Source of the DNA: a virus
Taxonomy: Duplodnaviria > Caudoviricetes
Virus record (IMG/VR): IMGVR_UViG_3300020044_001189
Location: 1 to 54,502 of that record
Direction: 5' to 3' (one strand)
Length of the DNA: 54,502 bases
Shown here: piece after piece, positions 26,155-36,600 of the stretch
Position numbering within the stretch: position 1 is the first letter of the stretch
Layout: each line of letters begins with the position of its first letter
Translations under genes and position numbers: made by a program
The notes under the pieces: model-generated
Told to the model about the DNA's origin: nothing
Database searches by the model: none
The model's input: the letters and a program-made list of their open reading frames with translations, nothing else

Positions 26155-26441
26155 CAGCCGCTTACTTTCAACTCCACCCAACAGACCCTGAAAAGGTTAT
26201 CTTGCGTAAACCACCGCTTGACCAAGAGCCTCCCAAGTATTCGTTCAAGGCGCACTGGGAAAAAGACGGGCGTATCGGTGTGGTTGCGGCTATTGTGCGG
26301 TCAGATGGCGGTGTTCACATATTGGAAGACATCATTGATGCGCCACAGCGCACAGAGCAGAACTTCTGCTCTCGATGCGGGAAACGCACAGCAGACTTAA
26401 CAGTCATTCACACTTGCACACCACCACAGGAGAACACATGA
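26151..26441 (+). CDS. Hypothetical protein with C-terminal CxxC...HxC module
   Basis: Ends NFCSRCGKRTADLTVIHTCTPPQENT. Confidence 0.65.
   Translation: MTAAYFQLHPTDPEKVILRKPPLDQEPPKYSFKAHWEKDGRIGVVAAIVRSDGGVHILEDIIDAPQRTEQNFCSRCGKRTADLTVIHTCTPPQENT
26361..26441 (+). repeat. 81-bp diverged direct repeat encoding a shared zinc-finger-like C-terminus (second copy 27388-27468)
   Basis: Peptides differ at 2 of 26 positions; DNA differs mainly at synonymous sites. Confidence 0.85.
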
Positions 26442-26566
26442 CCTACTACAAGATTGGAGTTTGGGCATACCAAGATATTTGTGATTTTGAAGACTGCATT
26501 GATATGTGGCGCTTTGAAATTATCGGCAATGGCATTCGTGTTAAGCGCAAGGAGAAGAACACATGA
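26438..26566 (+). CDS. Small hypothetical protein
   Basis: AGGAG RBS; ATGA overlaps on both sides. Confidence 0.5.
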   Translation: MTYYKIGVWAYQDICDFEDCIDMWRFEIIGNGIRVKRKEKNT

Positions 26567-26733
26567 AAAAAGACAGAATTATTTTAGAACTTGAAGCAAT
26601 AGTTGAGGGCTGTAAGGCTGTAAAAAAAGAAAACATCAACAAGGAAGTCAACACATTTGCTCAAATAATAATTAAAGATTGCAACGAATTGATTAAAAAA
26701 ATCAAGCATGAGTATTTGGAGGCGGTTAAATGA
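26563..26733 (+). CDS. Small hypothetical protein (not in ORF track)
   Basis: MKKDRIILELEAIVEGCK..., 56 aa; AAGGAG RBS; ATGA overlaps. Confidence 0.55.
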   Translation: MKKDRIILELEAIVEGCKAVKKENINKEVNTFAQIIIKDCNELIKKIKHEYLEAVK

Positions 26734-27017
26734 CTGAGAAAAAAGAAATGAGCCAACTTGCCCGACAATTGCTGGGTGGACAAGGTGCGGTGACATTCTT
26801 CACCCAACAGGAGTTTGACGATGCCCTGACCATTGCCAAGGCTGAGATCATGACGGTAGCAATCCAGACCAGTAGACAGGCCATCATGATCGAGCGTCAG
26901 GCTTGCGCTGAGTTGGTTAGAAACCTTGCATACGAGGAAGATGAGGGTGAGGTAGCCACGGCCCTTATAAACGCCTCACAGGCGATCCTGCACCGCATAC
27001 CGAGCCAAAGGCAATGA
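26730..27017 (+). CDS. Hypothetical protein (ERxACA type)
   Basis: IERQACAELV motif; GGAGG RBS. Confidence 0.65.
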   Translation: MTEKKEMSQLARQLLGGQGAVTFFTQQEFDDALTIAKAEIMTVAIQTSRQAIMIERQACAELVRNLAYEEDEGEVATALINASQAILHRIPSQRQ

Positions 27018-27238
27018 TGAGCAAAAAGGAATTAGTCATAAAGTTTCTAAAGGATAAGTTTCGTCCAATGACGATAAGGGAGATCATTGTCAAAGAGATC
27101 AGGGAGGCGCACCTACGCAAGCTGGAGGCCGAGAGTGCCACCGAGTACGCTAAATCTTTGGCTCAGTACAACGATCAAAGGATTGCCCGTTTGCAAAAGA
27201 GATTGACTGAACACACCGAGGAGGGGGACTACACATGA
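27014..27238 (+). CDS. Hypothetical protein
   Basis: EAHLRKLEAESATEYA...YN..RI.RL motif. Confidence 0.6.
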   Translation: MMSKKELVIKFLKDKFRPMTIREIIVKEIREAHLRKLEAESATEYAKSLAQYNDQRIARLQKRLTEHTEEGDYT

Positions 27239-27468
27239 CACAAGAAGCATTGAAGCTGGCGCTTGAGGCGTTGGAAGAACTCAACAACACAAATAGTCAT
27301 TGGTGGCAAGAAGTTGATAGGAATACTGTTGACAAAATAGAACCAGCCATCATCGCCATCAAAGAAGCCTTGGCACAGCAAGAACTCAACTTCTGTTCAA
27401 GATGCGGTAAGCGCACAGCAGACTTGACCACGATTCACACTTGTACGCCACCACAGGAGAGCACATGA
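27235..27468 (+). CDS. Hypothetical protein with C-terminal CxxC...HxC module
   Basis: MTQEALKLALEALE N-terminus; ends NFCSRCGKRTADLTTIHTCTPPQEST. Confidence 0.65.
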   Translation: MTQEALKLALEALEELNNTNSHWWQEVDRNTVDKIEPAIIAIKEALAQQELNFCSRCGKRTADLTTIHTCTPPQEST

Positions 27469-27665
27469 TTGACAAACTGATTGTGAGCGCCGTCCTTGGT
27501 ATTGTGGGCTGGGGTGGCATCTACCCTACCGAGCCGCCACCTATGACACCTCATCAACTTAGAGTTAAGGCGATTGAGGCATCCAAGTCAGGGGCATGCA
27601 GGTCTAAGAAGAAGTCCAAGGCCCTAAAAGAGTTCTGTAACCGTAGACAAAATAGGGGTTCATGA
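27465..27665 (+). CDS. Small protein with N-terminal hydrophobic segment
   Basis: AGGAG RBS, ATGA overlap. Confidence 0.5.
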   Translation: MIDKLIVSAVLGIVGWGGIYPTEPPPMTPHQLRVKAIEASKSGACRSKKKSKALKEFCNRRQNRGS

Positions 27666-27677
27666 TAAAATGCGGGC

Positions 27678-27884
27678 ATGAATGCGTTTGATTACAAGGG
27701 CCCAAGCCAAATCGCCAAGCAGATCATGTTTGAGCACAAGACAAGCGTGAACGCGACCAAGGCGGTACAGAAGGCAAGGGACAACGGAGTAGACCCCGGC
27801 ATGCTCTACGGGATCAGCAAAAAGGCTGACGAGAGCATCGCCTACTACAACACAGTACGACGCAAGACAAAGAAACCAACTTGA
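27678..27884 (+). CDS. Hypothetical protein
   Basis: 68 aa ORF before terS. Confidence 0.5.
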   Translation: MNAFDYKGPSQIAKQIMFEHKTSVNATKAVQKARDNGVDPGMLYGISKKADESIAYYNTVRRKTKKPT

Positions 27885-27923
27885 AGTTAAAATCGCGCCC
27901 AATCAGACAAAGCGGAGAGCGCC

Positions 27924-28520
27924 ATGGCTACCAAGAAGACCAAACCACCCGAAGGCTTAAAAGTGCCAAGAGTGTCAAAAGTTTCAAAAGATCATACAAA
28001 TCAAATAGTTACTGAAATAGTAGTAGACGCCGCGCCGACAAAAAAGAAGATAGGTCGCCCCTCCAAGTACACCCCAGAGCTTGCTGACGAGATATGCCAA
28101 AGACTAAGTAACGGAGAACCCTTACGTCAGATATGTAGGGAAGAGTACATGCCAGCTTGGCAAAAGATCTATGAGTGGATGGCTAAGGACGAAAAGCTAT
28201 CGGGATTCATCGCGCGTGCCCGTGAAGTTGGGCAGGATGCCATAGCTGAGGACATCTTCAGCGAGATGATGCAGGAGCCTGAAAGGATCCTTTCTGAGGG
28301 TGGTGGGCGTATTGACGCTGGTTATGTCCAACTGATCAAGGCTAGGGCTGAGATCAAGTTAAAACTTTTGGCTAAGTGGAACCCTAAGCGTTATGGGGAT
28401 CGAGTCCAGTTGGCAGGCTCAAAGGATGAGCCTATGGAGCACAAGGTCGAGGTTACATCCCTGTTTGACGGCATCATGCAGAACTTGGAACTGGCAAAGC
28501 AGGTAAAAGTTAGTGGGTAA
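27924..28520 (+). CDS. terS: Terminase small subunit
   Basis: GRPSKYTPELADEIC.RL..GEPLRQIC...MP; LLAKWNPKRYGD. Confidence 0.85.
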   Translation: MATKKTKPPEGLKVPRVSKVSKDHTNQIVTEIVVDAAPTKKKIGRPSKYTPELADEICQRLSNGEPLRQICREEYMPAWQKIYEWMAKDEKLSGFIARAREVGQDAIAEDIFSEMMQEPERILSEGGGRIDAGYVQLIKARAEIKLKLLAKWNPKRYGDRVQLAGSKDEPMEHKVEVTSLFDGIMQNLELAKQVKVSG

Positions 28521-29943
28521 AGCCATGGATCTGGCTACCCTGTTGGCTGATCCTGACATTCGACAGCAGTTTGAGTCTATACCTGACGAGAACTACAAGG
28601 CGGCATGGGCTTGGAGAACAACTTGGCTGTCTAAGTCCCATGACCATCAGATCTTGCCCGTGGGGGACTGGTGGAGCATTTGGCTGATGCTGGCAGGCAG
28701 GGGCGCTGGAAAGACCCGTACAGCCGCTGAGCAGATCGCTTGGTGGGCATGGAAGCAACCTAATACTAGATGGCTTGTAGCGGCTCCTACGTCCTCTGAC
28801 GTGCGTTCTACCTGCTTTGAGGGTGACTCTGGCCTGTTGGCGATCATCCCCCCTAGATTGATTGAGGACTACAACAAGGCACTGCACGAGCTAAGGCTGA
28901 TCAACGGCTCCCTGATCAAGGGTATACCCGCATCAGAGCCCGAACGGTTTCGTGGCCCACAGTTTCATGGTGCATGGTGCGACGAGCTTGCCGCATGGGA
29001 CTACCTCCAAGAGGCGTGGGATCAGATCATGTTCGGTGTGCGCTTGGGCAAGAGCACCAAGATCATATGCACCACTACCCCCAAGCCTAAGGACTTGATC
29101 CTTGAATTGATTGGCAGGAAGGGTGAGGACGTGGTGGTGACCACCGCCTCAACTTACTCCAACCTTGCAAACCTATCAGACAACTTCCAGCGCCAGATCC
29201 TTCAATACGAGGGAACCAAGCTTGGCAGGCAGGAGATCTATGCCGAGATCATTGATCCTGAGGAGGGTGGCATCGTCAAAAGGGATTGGTTCAGGCTGTG
29301 GCCAGACGGCAAACCCATACCCCAGTTGGAGTTCGTCATACAGTCCTACGACTGCGCTAACACTGACAAGACGGTGAACGACCCAACCGCCGCCATTACC
29401 TTGGGGGTCTTCAAGCCCTTGGATGGTGGGATGTGTGCTTTGGTGCTGGACTGCTGGCAAGACCACATGCAGTACCCTGACCTGCGTCCCAAGGTGATCG
29501 AGGAGTACGAGATCGTCTACGGTGAGGGCAAGGGCAAGAAGAGGGTTGACCTGATACTGGTGGAGGACAAGTCAGCGGGCATAAGTCTTATACAGGACTT
29601 GCAGAGGGCTCACCTGCCTGTGCGGGCGTATAACCCGGGCAAGGCTGACAAGATCCAACGCCTGAGCATTGTGTCCAACATCATCAAAGCTGGCAGGGTG
29701 TGGATCCCTGAGAGCGGCGTCAAGAAGAACTTCGTGCGGGACTGGGCTGAGGGCATGGTCAGTCAGGTCTGCGCCTTCCCTGAGACCGTCCATGACGACT
29801 ATGTGGACGCGCTGTCCCAAGGGCTGAGGTATCTGAGGGACGCTGGTTGGCTGAGCATTGATGCCCCACCAAGGGATGACTATGACCCTGAGGATGTGAT
29901 TGACGCAGGCGGTGGAAAGCGTGAGAATCCATACGCTGTCTAA
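28513..29943 (+). CDS. terL: Terminase large subunit
   Basis: Walker A AGRGAGKT, FRGPQFHGAWCDE, TTTPKP coupling motif, SYDCA and HDDYVDA nuclease motifs. Confidence 0.95.
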   Translation: MGKAMDLATLLADPDIRQQFESIPDENYKAAWAWRTTWLSKSHDHQILPVGDWWSIWLMLAGRGAGKTRTAAEQIAWWAWKQPNTRWLVAAPTSSDVRSTCFEGDSGLLAIIPPRLIEDYNKALHELRLINGSLIKGIPASEPERFRGPQFHGAWCDELAAWDYLQEAWDQIMFGVRLGKSTKIICTTTPKPKDLILELIGRKGEDVVVTTASTYSNLANLSDNFQRQILQYEGTKLGRQEIYAEIIDPEEGGIVKRDWFRLWPDGKPIPQLEFVIQSYDCANTDKTVNDPTAAITLGVFKPLDGGMCALVLDCWQDHMQYPDLRPKVIEEYEIVYGEGKGKKRVDLILVEDKSAGISLIQDLQRAHLPVRAYNPGKADKIQRLSIVSNIIKAGRVWIPESGVKKNFVRDWAEGMVSQVCAFPETVHDDYVDALSQGLRYLRDAGWLSIDAPPRDDYDPEDVIDAGGGKRENPYAV

Positions 29944-29951
29944 GCATCAAG

Positions 29952-30260
29952 ACGCATGGGGATTGGGCAAACCAAGGCGGGCCGTCAGTCGCACTTGTGA
30001 GCCGTCCTGACGGATCAGTCCCCAGCCGTGTTGGTGGTCGCCTTTCGGAACAATAAGCGCGTTTGGCCTAAGTTGCTGTACAGTGAGCCATCAACAGCTA
30101 ACACGCATGGAGATTGCCAGCCACAGGTAGCCAATTGAGGTTACTTGATCGTTGGACAAACAGTCTCCAGCCGTGTTGGTGAAAGTGAATTACTCCGCTA
30201 TGAGTGCCGAGGAATACCTTCGCTCTGTCCCTTGAAGAAATCGGTTTTTAGCCACCAACA
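29952..30260 (+). ncRNA. Array of four stem-loops (A-B-A'-B') with conserved bases and variable inserts; putative non-coding RNA cassette
   Basis: ACGCATGGGGATTG (29952) / ACGCATGGAGATTG (30103) pair with CAGTCCCCAGCCGTGT (30016) / CAGTCTCCAGCCGTGT (30161), with a compensatory G-C to A-T change; TGTTGGTG pairs with CATCAACA / CACCAACA. Confidence 0.7.
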
Positions 30261-30276
30261 ACATTCAGGATAAAAG

Positions 30277-30438
30277 ATGAGGCAATGCAAGTGCGGCGGT
30301 CAGATAAGGGAACATGATCTAGTCGATGGCAGGGTTGCTTGGGCCTGCAACTCCTGCAAGCGGTACGAGAAGGTGACGCTTCCCACAACCCCCGTACCTC
30401 CCTATAATCGCCCCAGTCCTACTTTGGCGGCAATATGA
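30277..30438 (+). CDS. Small zinc-ribbon protein (not in ORF track)
   Basis: MRQCKCGGQ...WACNSCKRYE..., 53 aa; AGGA RBS; ATGA overlap with 30435. Confidence 0.6.
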   Translation: MRQCKCGGQIREHDLVDGRVAWACNSCKRYEKVTLPTTPVPPYNRPSPTLAAI

Positions 30439-33400
30439 CCAAACCAATCGACCCCAAGCTTGCTAAGTTTATTGCCGAGAGCAAGGTCAAGCACCGTGTG
30501 TATCACGGAACCATGAGCGACGTAAAAAAGTTTAAGACCCCCGCCTACTTTGGCGGTAAGGATGTCGCCAATCAATTCTCTGACCCCGAATACCTGTTTG
30601 GTTCAAGTGAGCTTAACGAGGGCGAGCACCCCAACGTGATTCCTGTCCACCTGAATTTGAAGAACCCAAAGATCTTCACCAAGGAAGAGGATTACGAGAA
30701 GCACGTTATGGATGGCGGTTTAGATCCACAGCGCTGGATTAAAAAGGGTCACGATGGCGTTATTTACGCGCCCAATGGGGATATTGAGCACCCTGACGCA
30801 TACTATGTAGCCTTTCACCCCAATCAGATCAAGTCGGCTATTGGCAACAGGGGCACATACAGCAAGAGGTCGGGCGACATCACCATGGATAAGGGAGGTT
30901 CAGTGGAGCCCAAGCAAACCGTCAAGGCATACAAGATGTTTCGGGTTGATCCAAAGCAACCCGGCAAGCTATTCCCTCTGTTTGTCAACGCCAACACGCC
31001 TGTGCCAATGAATGAATGGATTGACGCCGAAGAGGGTGAGATGTCCAACGGTAAGGTCAAGAGCAAGATTGGCCCACTTGCCTACCGCCCCGGCTGGCAC
31101 GCTGGCGACCTTCCCCTTGCCACACACATCGGTGACAAGGACGAAGAACAGAAGGCTGAGACCACCCGCATCAACAAATTGCGAGACGCCATGGTTGCTG
31201 ACCTTGGGTACGACAAGGAAGCCCAGCGTATTGCCAAAAAGATGTATCCCTACCCCAGTTGGGTAAACGCCCCTCGCCTGCGCAACCCAAGGCACATGTG
31301 GGCTGAGATTGAGATGCCCCATGACGTAGATTGGCAGTCAGAGGCTGAGAAGCGTGGCTACAACGATAAGGGCAAGTTTGTTGCTAGTGAGGCGCACATT
31401 ACCGACCAACTACCCAAGGGCGGGCACTACAGGTACAAGACCAACGCCAACATGACAGGCAATTGGCTCATCGGCGGGGCTATGAAGGTCAACCGCATAC
31501 TGGATGACGCTGAGGTCAAGTCCATCAATAAAGCCGCTGGCACTACCGACCTGCCCCGCCTGACCCCCATGAAGAAGGAAAAGTTTGGCTTTGCTGGTGG
31601 TGGCTCCGTTGCCCCCGACGAGTGGAAGGCTGAGGAGCATGTCAACTACCGCGACCCCAAGACAACCAAGATTGAAGACTGGAAGTGGCGCAAGCTTAAG
31701 GAAGTGCTGACTGACGTGCCGTTGACAGAAGTCCCTGACTACATCCAAAAGGGATACGGCGAGTTCATGAACCAACAGCTTTCTAAGGCAAAGGCTGGTC
31801 AACTGACACCCCGCGACCTGCTAAAGGCATTCACCATCACCCAGTCCAGCATTGGTCGTGGTGGCTTGTCCCATGCGTCGGCTACCAAGACTGGCATGAA
31901 GCTACCCAACACAGGCGAGGAAGTACGCCCAGAAGGCGCGTTTGCTGAGTGGTTGGGCTCACCCATGGGGCAGAGGTACTTGAACGCCGCAGAGCGCGGT
32001 TTGATACATCACCCTGCCCTTGGTGACATCCAGCAGAAGTTTGCCCCGTTTGGTAAGCACAACCAATTGGTTGACCAAATGGCTTACGCCGCTCAGATGA
32101 TGCCCAAGCTGGCGCAGACCATGAACCAAGCTGTCACTGGCGGCAAGGACGAGTACCGTGACTGGGCTGAGCAGATGCGTGGTATTGCTGGCGCTAAGTC
32201 TGGCTTCATTGGATCCATGCTGGGACGTGGCGACCTGCCTACATTGGATGCCCGCCAACTGAACCTGCACACCCTGCCCGCCAAGGTGGGCGTAGGCTCC
32301 ATCATGAGTCGGGGCAAGGGCACAGGGGCACGAGAGGCTGTGGATCGTCTGGCATCAAGACAGCAGGCCATGAACCTTAATGTTGATCCATCCATGATGC
32401 CCCACTACCAACACCTGACCCACCATGCAGTGTGGGATGCCATGGGTAAGAACAAGACCACCCACGATGATCTGGTGCGGGCAATGCGTGGGTACGCTGA
32501 TGGTGGTGCGGCTCGTATGGCTAAGGGTGGTAACCCAACCGTAGAGGAGATGCGCAGGGCTATTGCCAAGGCATCTGGGTCTAACCCACCTATGGCTGAG
32601 AAGAACCTTACAACCCTGCAAGACTTTCACACGACGCTAGGCGACAAGGTTCGCGCTGGGGTAATGGAAGCCAAGAAACAAATGGACGCCTTTGACTACA
32701 AGTACGACAAGGGCCATCGAGTGTTTACTGAGGACAGCGCCAAGAAGAACAGAGCGCCATACGAGATTCTTGAACGTCACCGCCATGGCAACCAACTCAT
32801 GTGGGAAGGCAAGCCATGGAACAGCAAGAAGATTATTGACCCTGAGACGGGCAAAGCCAAGCGCACACCCTATGAACCCGCCTATCGCGTGCGCGGCGAA
32901 ATCGGAGAGATGATCCTGCCTGAGTCAGCCATCAAGGGTCGTGTTGATATGGCGCGAGGTGGCTTAGTCCACATGGCGGAAGGCGGCGATGTTAATAAAG
33001 CCAAATTTCTTGCAAAAAGCAAAATTAAAGAACGGCTATATCACGGAACCACAAAAGATTTTGGGTCATTCAGCCACAAGCATCAATACAGTGGGGAAGG
33101 TGGAAGTCACTCTGGTTCTGGCTTTTATTTCACCGACAATCCAGAATCAGCATCAAGATATTCCATGATGAGGGGCGAATCGGGGTCAAATGTGATGCCC
33201 GTGCATCTCAACATTAAAAAGCCATTGCATTTCGATTGGGAGCAAGGCGAGACAACAGGCGCAAAACTTAAACTGACACCAGCACAAGTGCGATCAATTA
33301 TGTTGGCTCATCCCAAGATTAAAGATGAGGATGAAAGCCCATTGACAAATTGGGGCGACATACGGGGCGCAAGTTTTAATAAAACTCTTAATGATGCGGT

Positions 33401-33686
33401 CAACAGTTATGCTGGGTCATCAATGTTGGCGGCATTGAGAAATGATTTTTTTGGTGACAATCACGAGCAATGGCTCCGCGCTTTGCATAAAGCGACTGGA
33501 TATGATTCGGGAACTACTGTCACACCTAACGGTGAGCGACATTACATTGCATGGTTTCCTGAGCAAATCAAATCAGCCATTGGCAACCGTGGAACCTACG
33601 ACACCAATGTGGCGGACATTACCAAGAAGCGTGGCGGTAGGGTCACCCACGCCCACCACCTAGATATTGAGGAGCGCCCCCTATGA
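30435..33686 (+). CDS. Large polyvalent-type protein with two ADP-ribosyltransferase-like (YHGT) domains and other modules separated by xxGG linkers
   Basis: VYHGT and LYHGT domains, both ending QIKSAIGNRGTY; internal AYRPGWHAGDLP module. Confidence 0.65.
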   Translation: MTKPIDPKLAKFIAESKVKHRVYHGTMSDVKKFKTPAYFGGKDVANQFSDPEYLFGSSELNEGEHPNVIPVHLNLKNPKIFTKEEDYEKHVMDGGLDPQRWIKKGHDGVIYAPNGDIEHPDAYYVAFHPNQIKSAIGNRGTYSKRSGDITMDKGGSVEPKQTVKAYKMFRVDPKQPGKLFPLFVNANTPVPMNEWIDAEEGEMSNGKVKSKIGPLAYRPGWHAGDLPLATHIGDKDEEQKAETTRINKLRDAMVADLGYDKEAQRIAKKMYPYPSWVNAPRLRNPRHMWAEIEMPHDVDWQSEAEKRGYNDKGKFVASEAHITDQLPKGGHYRYKTNANMTGNWLIGGAMKVNRILDDAEVKSINKAAGTTDLPRLTPMKKEKFGFAGGGSVAPDEWKAEEHVNYRDPKTTKIEDWKWRKLKEVLTDVPLTEVPDYIQKGYGEFMNQQLSKAKAGQLTPRDLLKAFTITQSSIGRGGLSHASATKTGMKLPNTGEEVRPEGAFAEWLGSPMGQRYLNAAERGLIHHPALGDIQQKFAPFGKHNQLVDQMAYAAQMMPKLAQTMNQAVTGGKDEYRDWAEQMRGIAGAKSGFIGSMLGRGDLPTLDARQLNLHTLPAKVGVGSIMSRGKGTGAREAVDRLASRQQAMNLNVDPSMMPHYQHLTHHAVWDAMGKNKTTHDDLVRAMRGYADGGAARMAKGGNPTVEEMRRAIAKASGSNPPMAEKNLTTLQDFHTTLGDKVRAGVMEAKKQMDAFDYKYDKGHRVFTEDSAKKNRAPYEILERHRHGNQLMWEGKPWNSKKIIDPETGKAKRTPYEPAYRVRGEIGEMILPESAIKGRVDMARGGLVHMAEGGDVNKAKFLAKSKIKERLYHGTTKDFGSFSHKHQYSGEGGSHSGSGFYFTDNPESASRYSMMRGESGSNVMPVHLNIKKPLHFDWEQGETTGAKLKLTPAQVRSIMLAHPKIKDEDESPLTNWGDIRGASFNKTLNDAVNSYAGSSMLAALRNDFFGDNHEQWLRALHKATGYDSGTTVTPNGERHYIAWFPEQIKSAIGNRGTYDTNVADITKKRGGRVTHAHHLDIEERPL

Positions 33687-36600
33687 AGAAGCTGGTAGGC
33701 GAAGGTAAGCCATTCCACTCTGCTGTTGACAAGACAGCCGCCTTACTCAAACGCAAGGTGGGCACTGGTGCTGAGTTCATGAAGGAACTGATGGGTGTGT
33801 CTGGCGTCAAGCCTACCGAGCTTCAGGAGCGTGGTCTGACAGAGATCATGGGTATGCCCAAGATGACGCATGACCAGTTTATGGCGGCATTGAGCGCCAA
33901 TCCTGCGCCAAAGATTCGTGAGAAAGTGTTAAGTGACGAAGATGAAGGCGGGGATGATCCTCGTCATCTAACGCCAGAAGAACGTAATTACGGGCCAAAC
34001 AATCAAACACACCATCGAAAATGGACATTGCCCGGTGGCGAGAACTATCGAGAGATGCTGATTAAAGCCCCCAAGGGTGTTGACAATCAAGAAAAGATCA
34101 TGGAGTTGGAAGCCAAACTTCGCCGCATCCCTATGTTCAATTCAACTCCTGAACAACAGGCGGATATTGCTAAGTATTACAACCAAATACGAGACTTAAA
34201 GGCCGAAGAAGCCGCATCTCCCAAACCATTTCGCGGTGTAGAACATCACTTTGGCGGCGAACCCAATATCCTTGCCAGCATGCGTGTGAAAGACCGCCTT
34301 GTGCCTGACTTAGAAGGCCCACACAACGTCACAATAATTGGCGAGGGTGGGGTAAGCAACAAAAAATTTAACACCCGTGAAGAAGCAAATGCCTTTGCTG
34401 ACGTGAAAAAGCAAGGCGGATACAAGACCAAGATCACACCACTGAACAACAAGAAGTATTTGCACCTTGAAGAGTTGCAGTCCGACTGGCATCAAAAAGG
34501 GCGTGATAAGGGATACAAGGATTTAGACGTTGACAACCAGCTTCAAAAAAAATATCGTGAGCTTAATGAAATAGGCGAATCTTACAAAAAACTTGCTATA
34601 GATCAAAGGGTGGCTACGGCTGTTGCCAATGGCATGGACGAAGCAGAAGCAAGACGCCTGATCTTAATTGGCACAGAAAACACACCATTAGAACAATATG
34701 CCCCTGACGAAAAATCAAAAATAGATATTCTTCGCAGACAACAAGAGCTAGAAGAACTAGAAAATAAGGCAAACCTTGTTCCTGATGCCCCATTCAAAAA
34801 GAACTGGGAAGAGATGGCGCTCAAGCGTCTGATCCACCATGCGGCAGAGAAGGGCTACCACGGTGTTGTGGTGACCCCCGGCGTAGAGCAGGCTAAGCGT
34901 TACAGCATTGGCAACCACATTGATGAGTTGCACTACAACCCTGAGACACACAGACTTATTGGCTCAAACGAAGGCCAACGCATAGTTGACAAGAAATCCG
35001 TGCCGCCAGAAGAACTTATTGAGCATGTTGGCAAAGAGGTTGCGTCCAAATTGATGCAACAAGAACCAAACGTCAATGGCTTGCGATCATTGACAGGCGA
35101 ACAGCTTCACATTGGCGGCGAAGGCATGAAGGGTTTCTACGACAAGAAGGTTCCCAACATCCTGAATAGCATTGGCAAGAAGTACGGCGTAAAGACTGAG
35201 TTGGGTGGGCACAAGCTACTTGGCGACCCATCAGAGCGTGCCGACGCATCAGAGCGGCTTGGTCATGCGGATGTGCGTTTTGCTGACATGACCACGCCGC
35301 AAATTCAAGCATTCAATGCCAAGTTGGATGAAGCAAACGCAAAACAACTGCACTACTTCCCTATCACGGAAGACATGCGCAAAGACGTATTAGCAAACGG
35401 TCTACCCCTGTACAACAAGGGTGGCACAGTACACATGGCAAAGGAAGGCGATATGGATCACATGATGCTTGAGATGATGGGTAGGCGCATGGCTACAGGC
35501 GGAAGCCCTACAACCAAGGGTTACGTTACCCATGAGCCAAAGAAGCCCCACCCAGAGGTCGGCACACGCTTTAAGGCTACCCCACAAGGCAACCTTGCGG
35601 CTATGAAGGCCTTTGATTTGATGAAGCACGAGGGTAAGGGCTCAATCGTTCCCATCCCCTATGACGCTACTACCCGCGACAATCGGGTTACCGAGGTGTC
35701 TGGGCATAACTTAATCAACCCATTGGTCACGGAGGCAGGCTTTGATTACTCGCTTGACCCCACCAATATGGCGCAAAACATTGGTGGCGCATCCAACAGT
35801 GGCATAGCCAAACGGGTGCAAGATCGTGTTAACCAAGCCGCAAAGGAACACAAGGGAGACGTATTCCTTGCCCCAAATACCATGGGCGAAGATGCCGAAA
35901 ACTTCTCGCATCACCCTGCCCATATTGTGTTGGACTTGATGGCACAGCGACAGCTAAACAAGAACACATTGCGAGCCTTGAGTGATGACTTGCGTGGTCA
36001 GCCCGAATTGAAGCGAAATGCAAGAACTGGGGAAGTTACAAAGACTTACCCATACACAAAGTTTCTTGGGTATGACCATCCAAACATGTTTCAACAAGTT
36101 ATAAAGGGCGGGCATGGTTTGGAGGCTACGCCCGGCGATCTGCGCAAAAAGATGATGGAGCGCCTCAGTTTGGTCAACATGCAAAAGCTGTTGGACTACA
36201 ACATGGGCGACCTGAAGGCGGCTATCCTTGATCCTGAACTGGCGACAGATCCCAAGGCATACATGGGGCGCACGTTTGTCAAGGCGCAACCCGGCGCGGC
36301 ATTGCGTCCCAGCACACACACCTCATACGACACTGATTACACGGGCATAAACGAAGGCGGTCTTGGTTCTAATCGTCCATTTGAGGTCCTGATGCCCGAT
36401 GTCACTGAAAGCATTTACCAAGAACTAAAAGCCCGCCCAGCCAAGACTGTAAAGACGCCAGCACAAATGCGGGCACAGGTAGTTGGCGCAATAGAAAAGC
36501 GCAAAGAAAAGTTTGCTCAGCCAATTAATGCTCGTGTGATCAACAATGCTGGCTTGTATGAAGAGGGCCTAAAACAAGGTGAGTTTGATCCTAAGAACGT

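Noticed and set aside
29969-29981. 13-nt identity AAACCAAGGCGGG between array insert 1 and 45809-45821 (self-targeting)
   Set aside because: A 13-nt match for about 220 nt of query against both strands of 54 kb is near chance expectation, and the flanks do not extend
30185-30235. Micro-ORF (V/M)NYSAMSAEEYLRSVP in array insert 4, or a tmRNA-like tag
   Set aside because: Very short, no convincing RBS, no tmRNA-type C-terminus; the RNA pairing explains the region better
29952-30260. CRISPR array, TIGR-like array or tRNA cluster
   Set aside because: Only two units; the repeats pair across long structured inserts; no cas or Nop-domain gene is recognisable; no cloverleaf or T-loop consensus although GCCACCA ends the last stem
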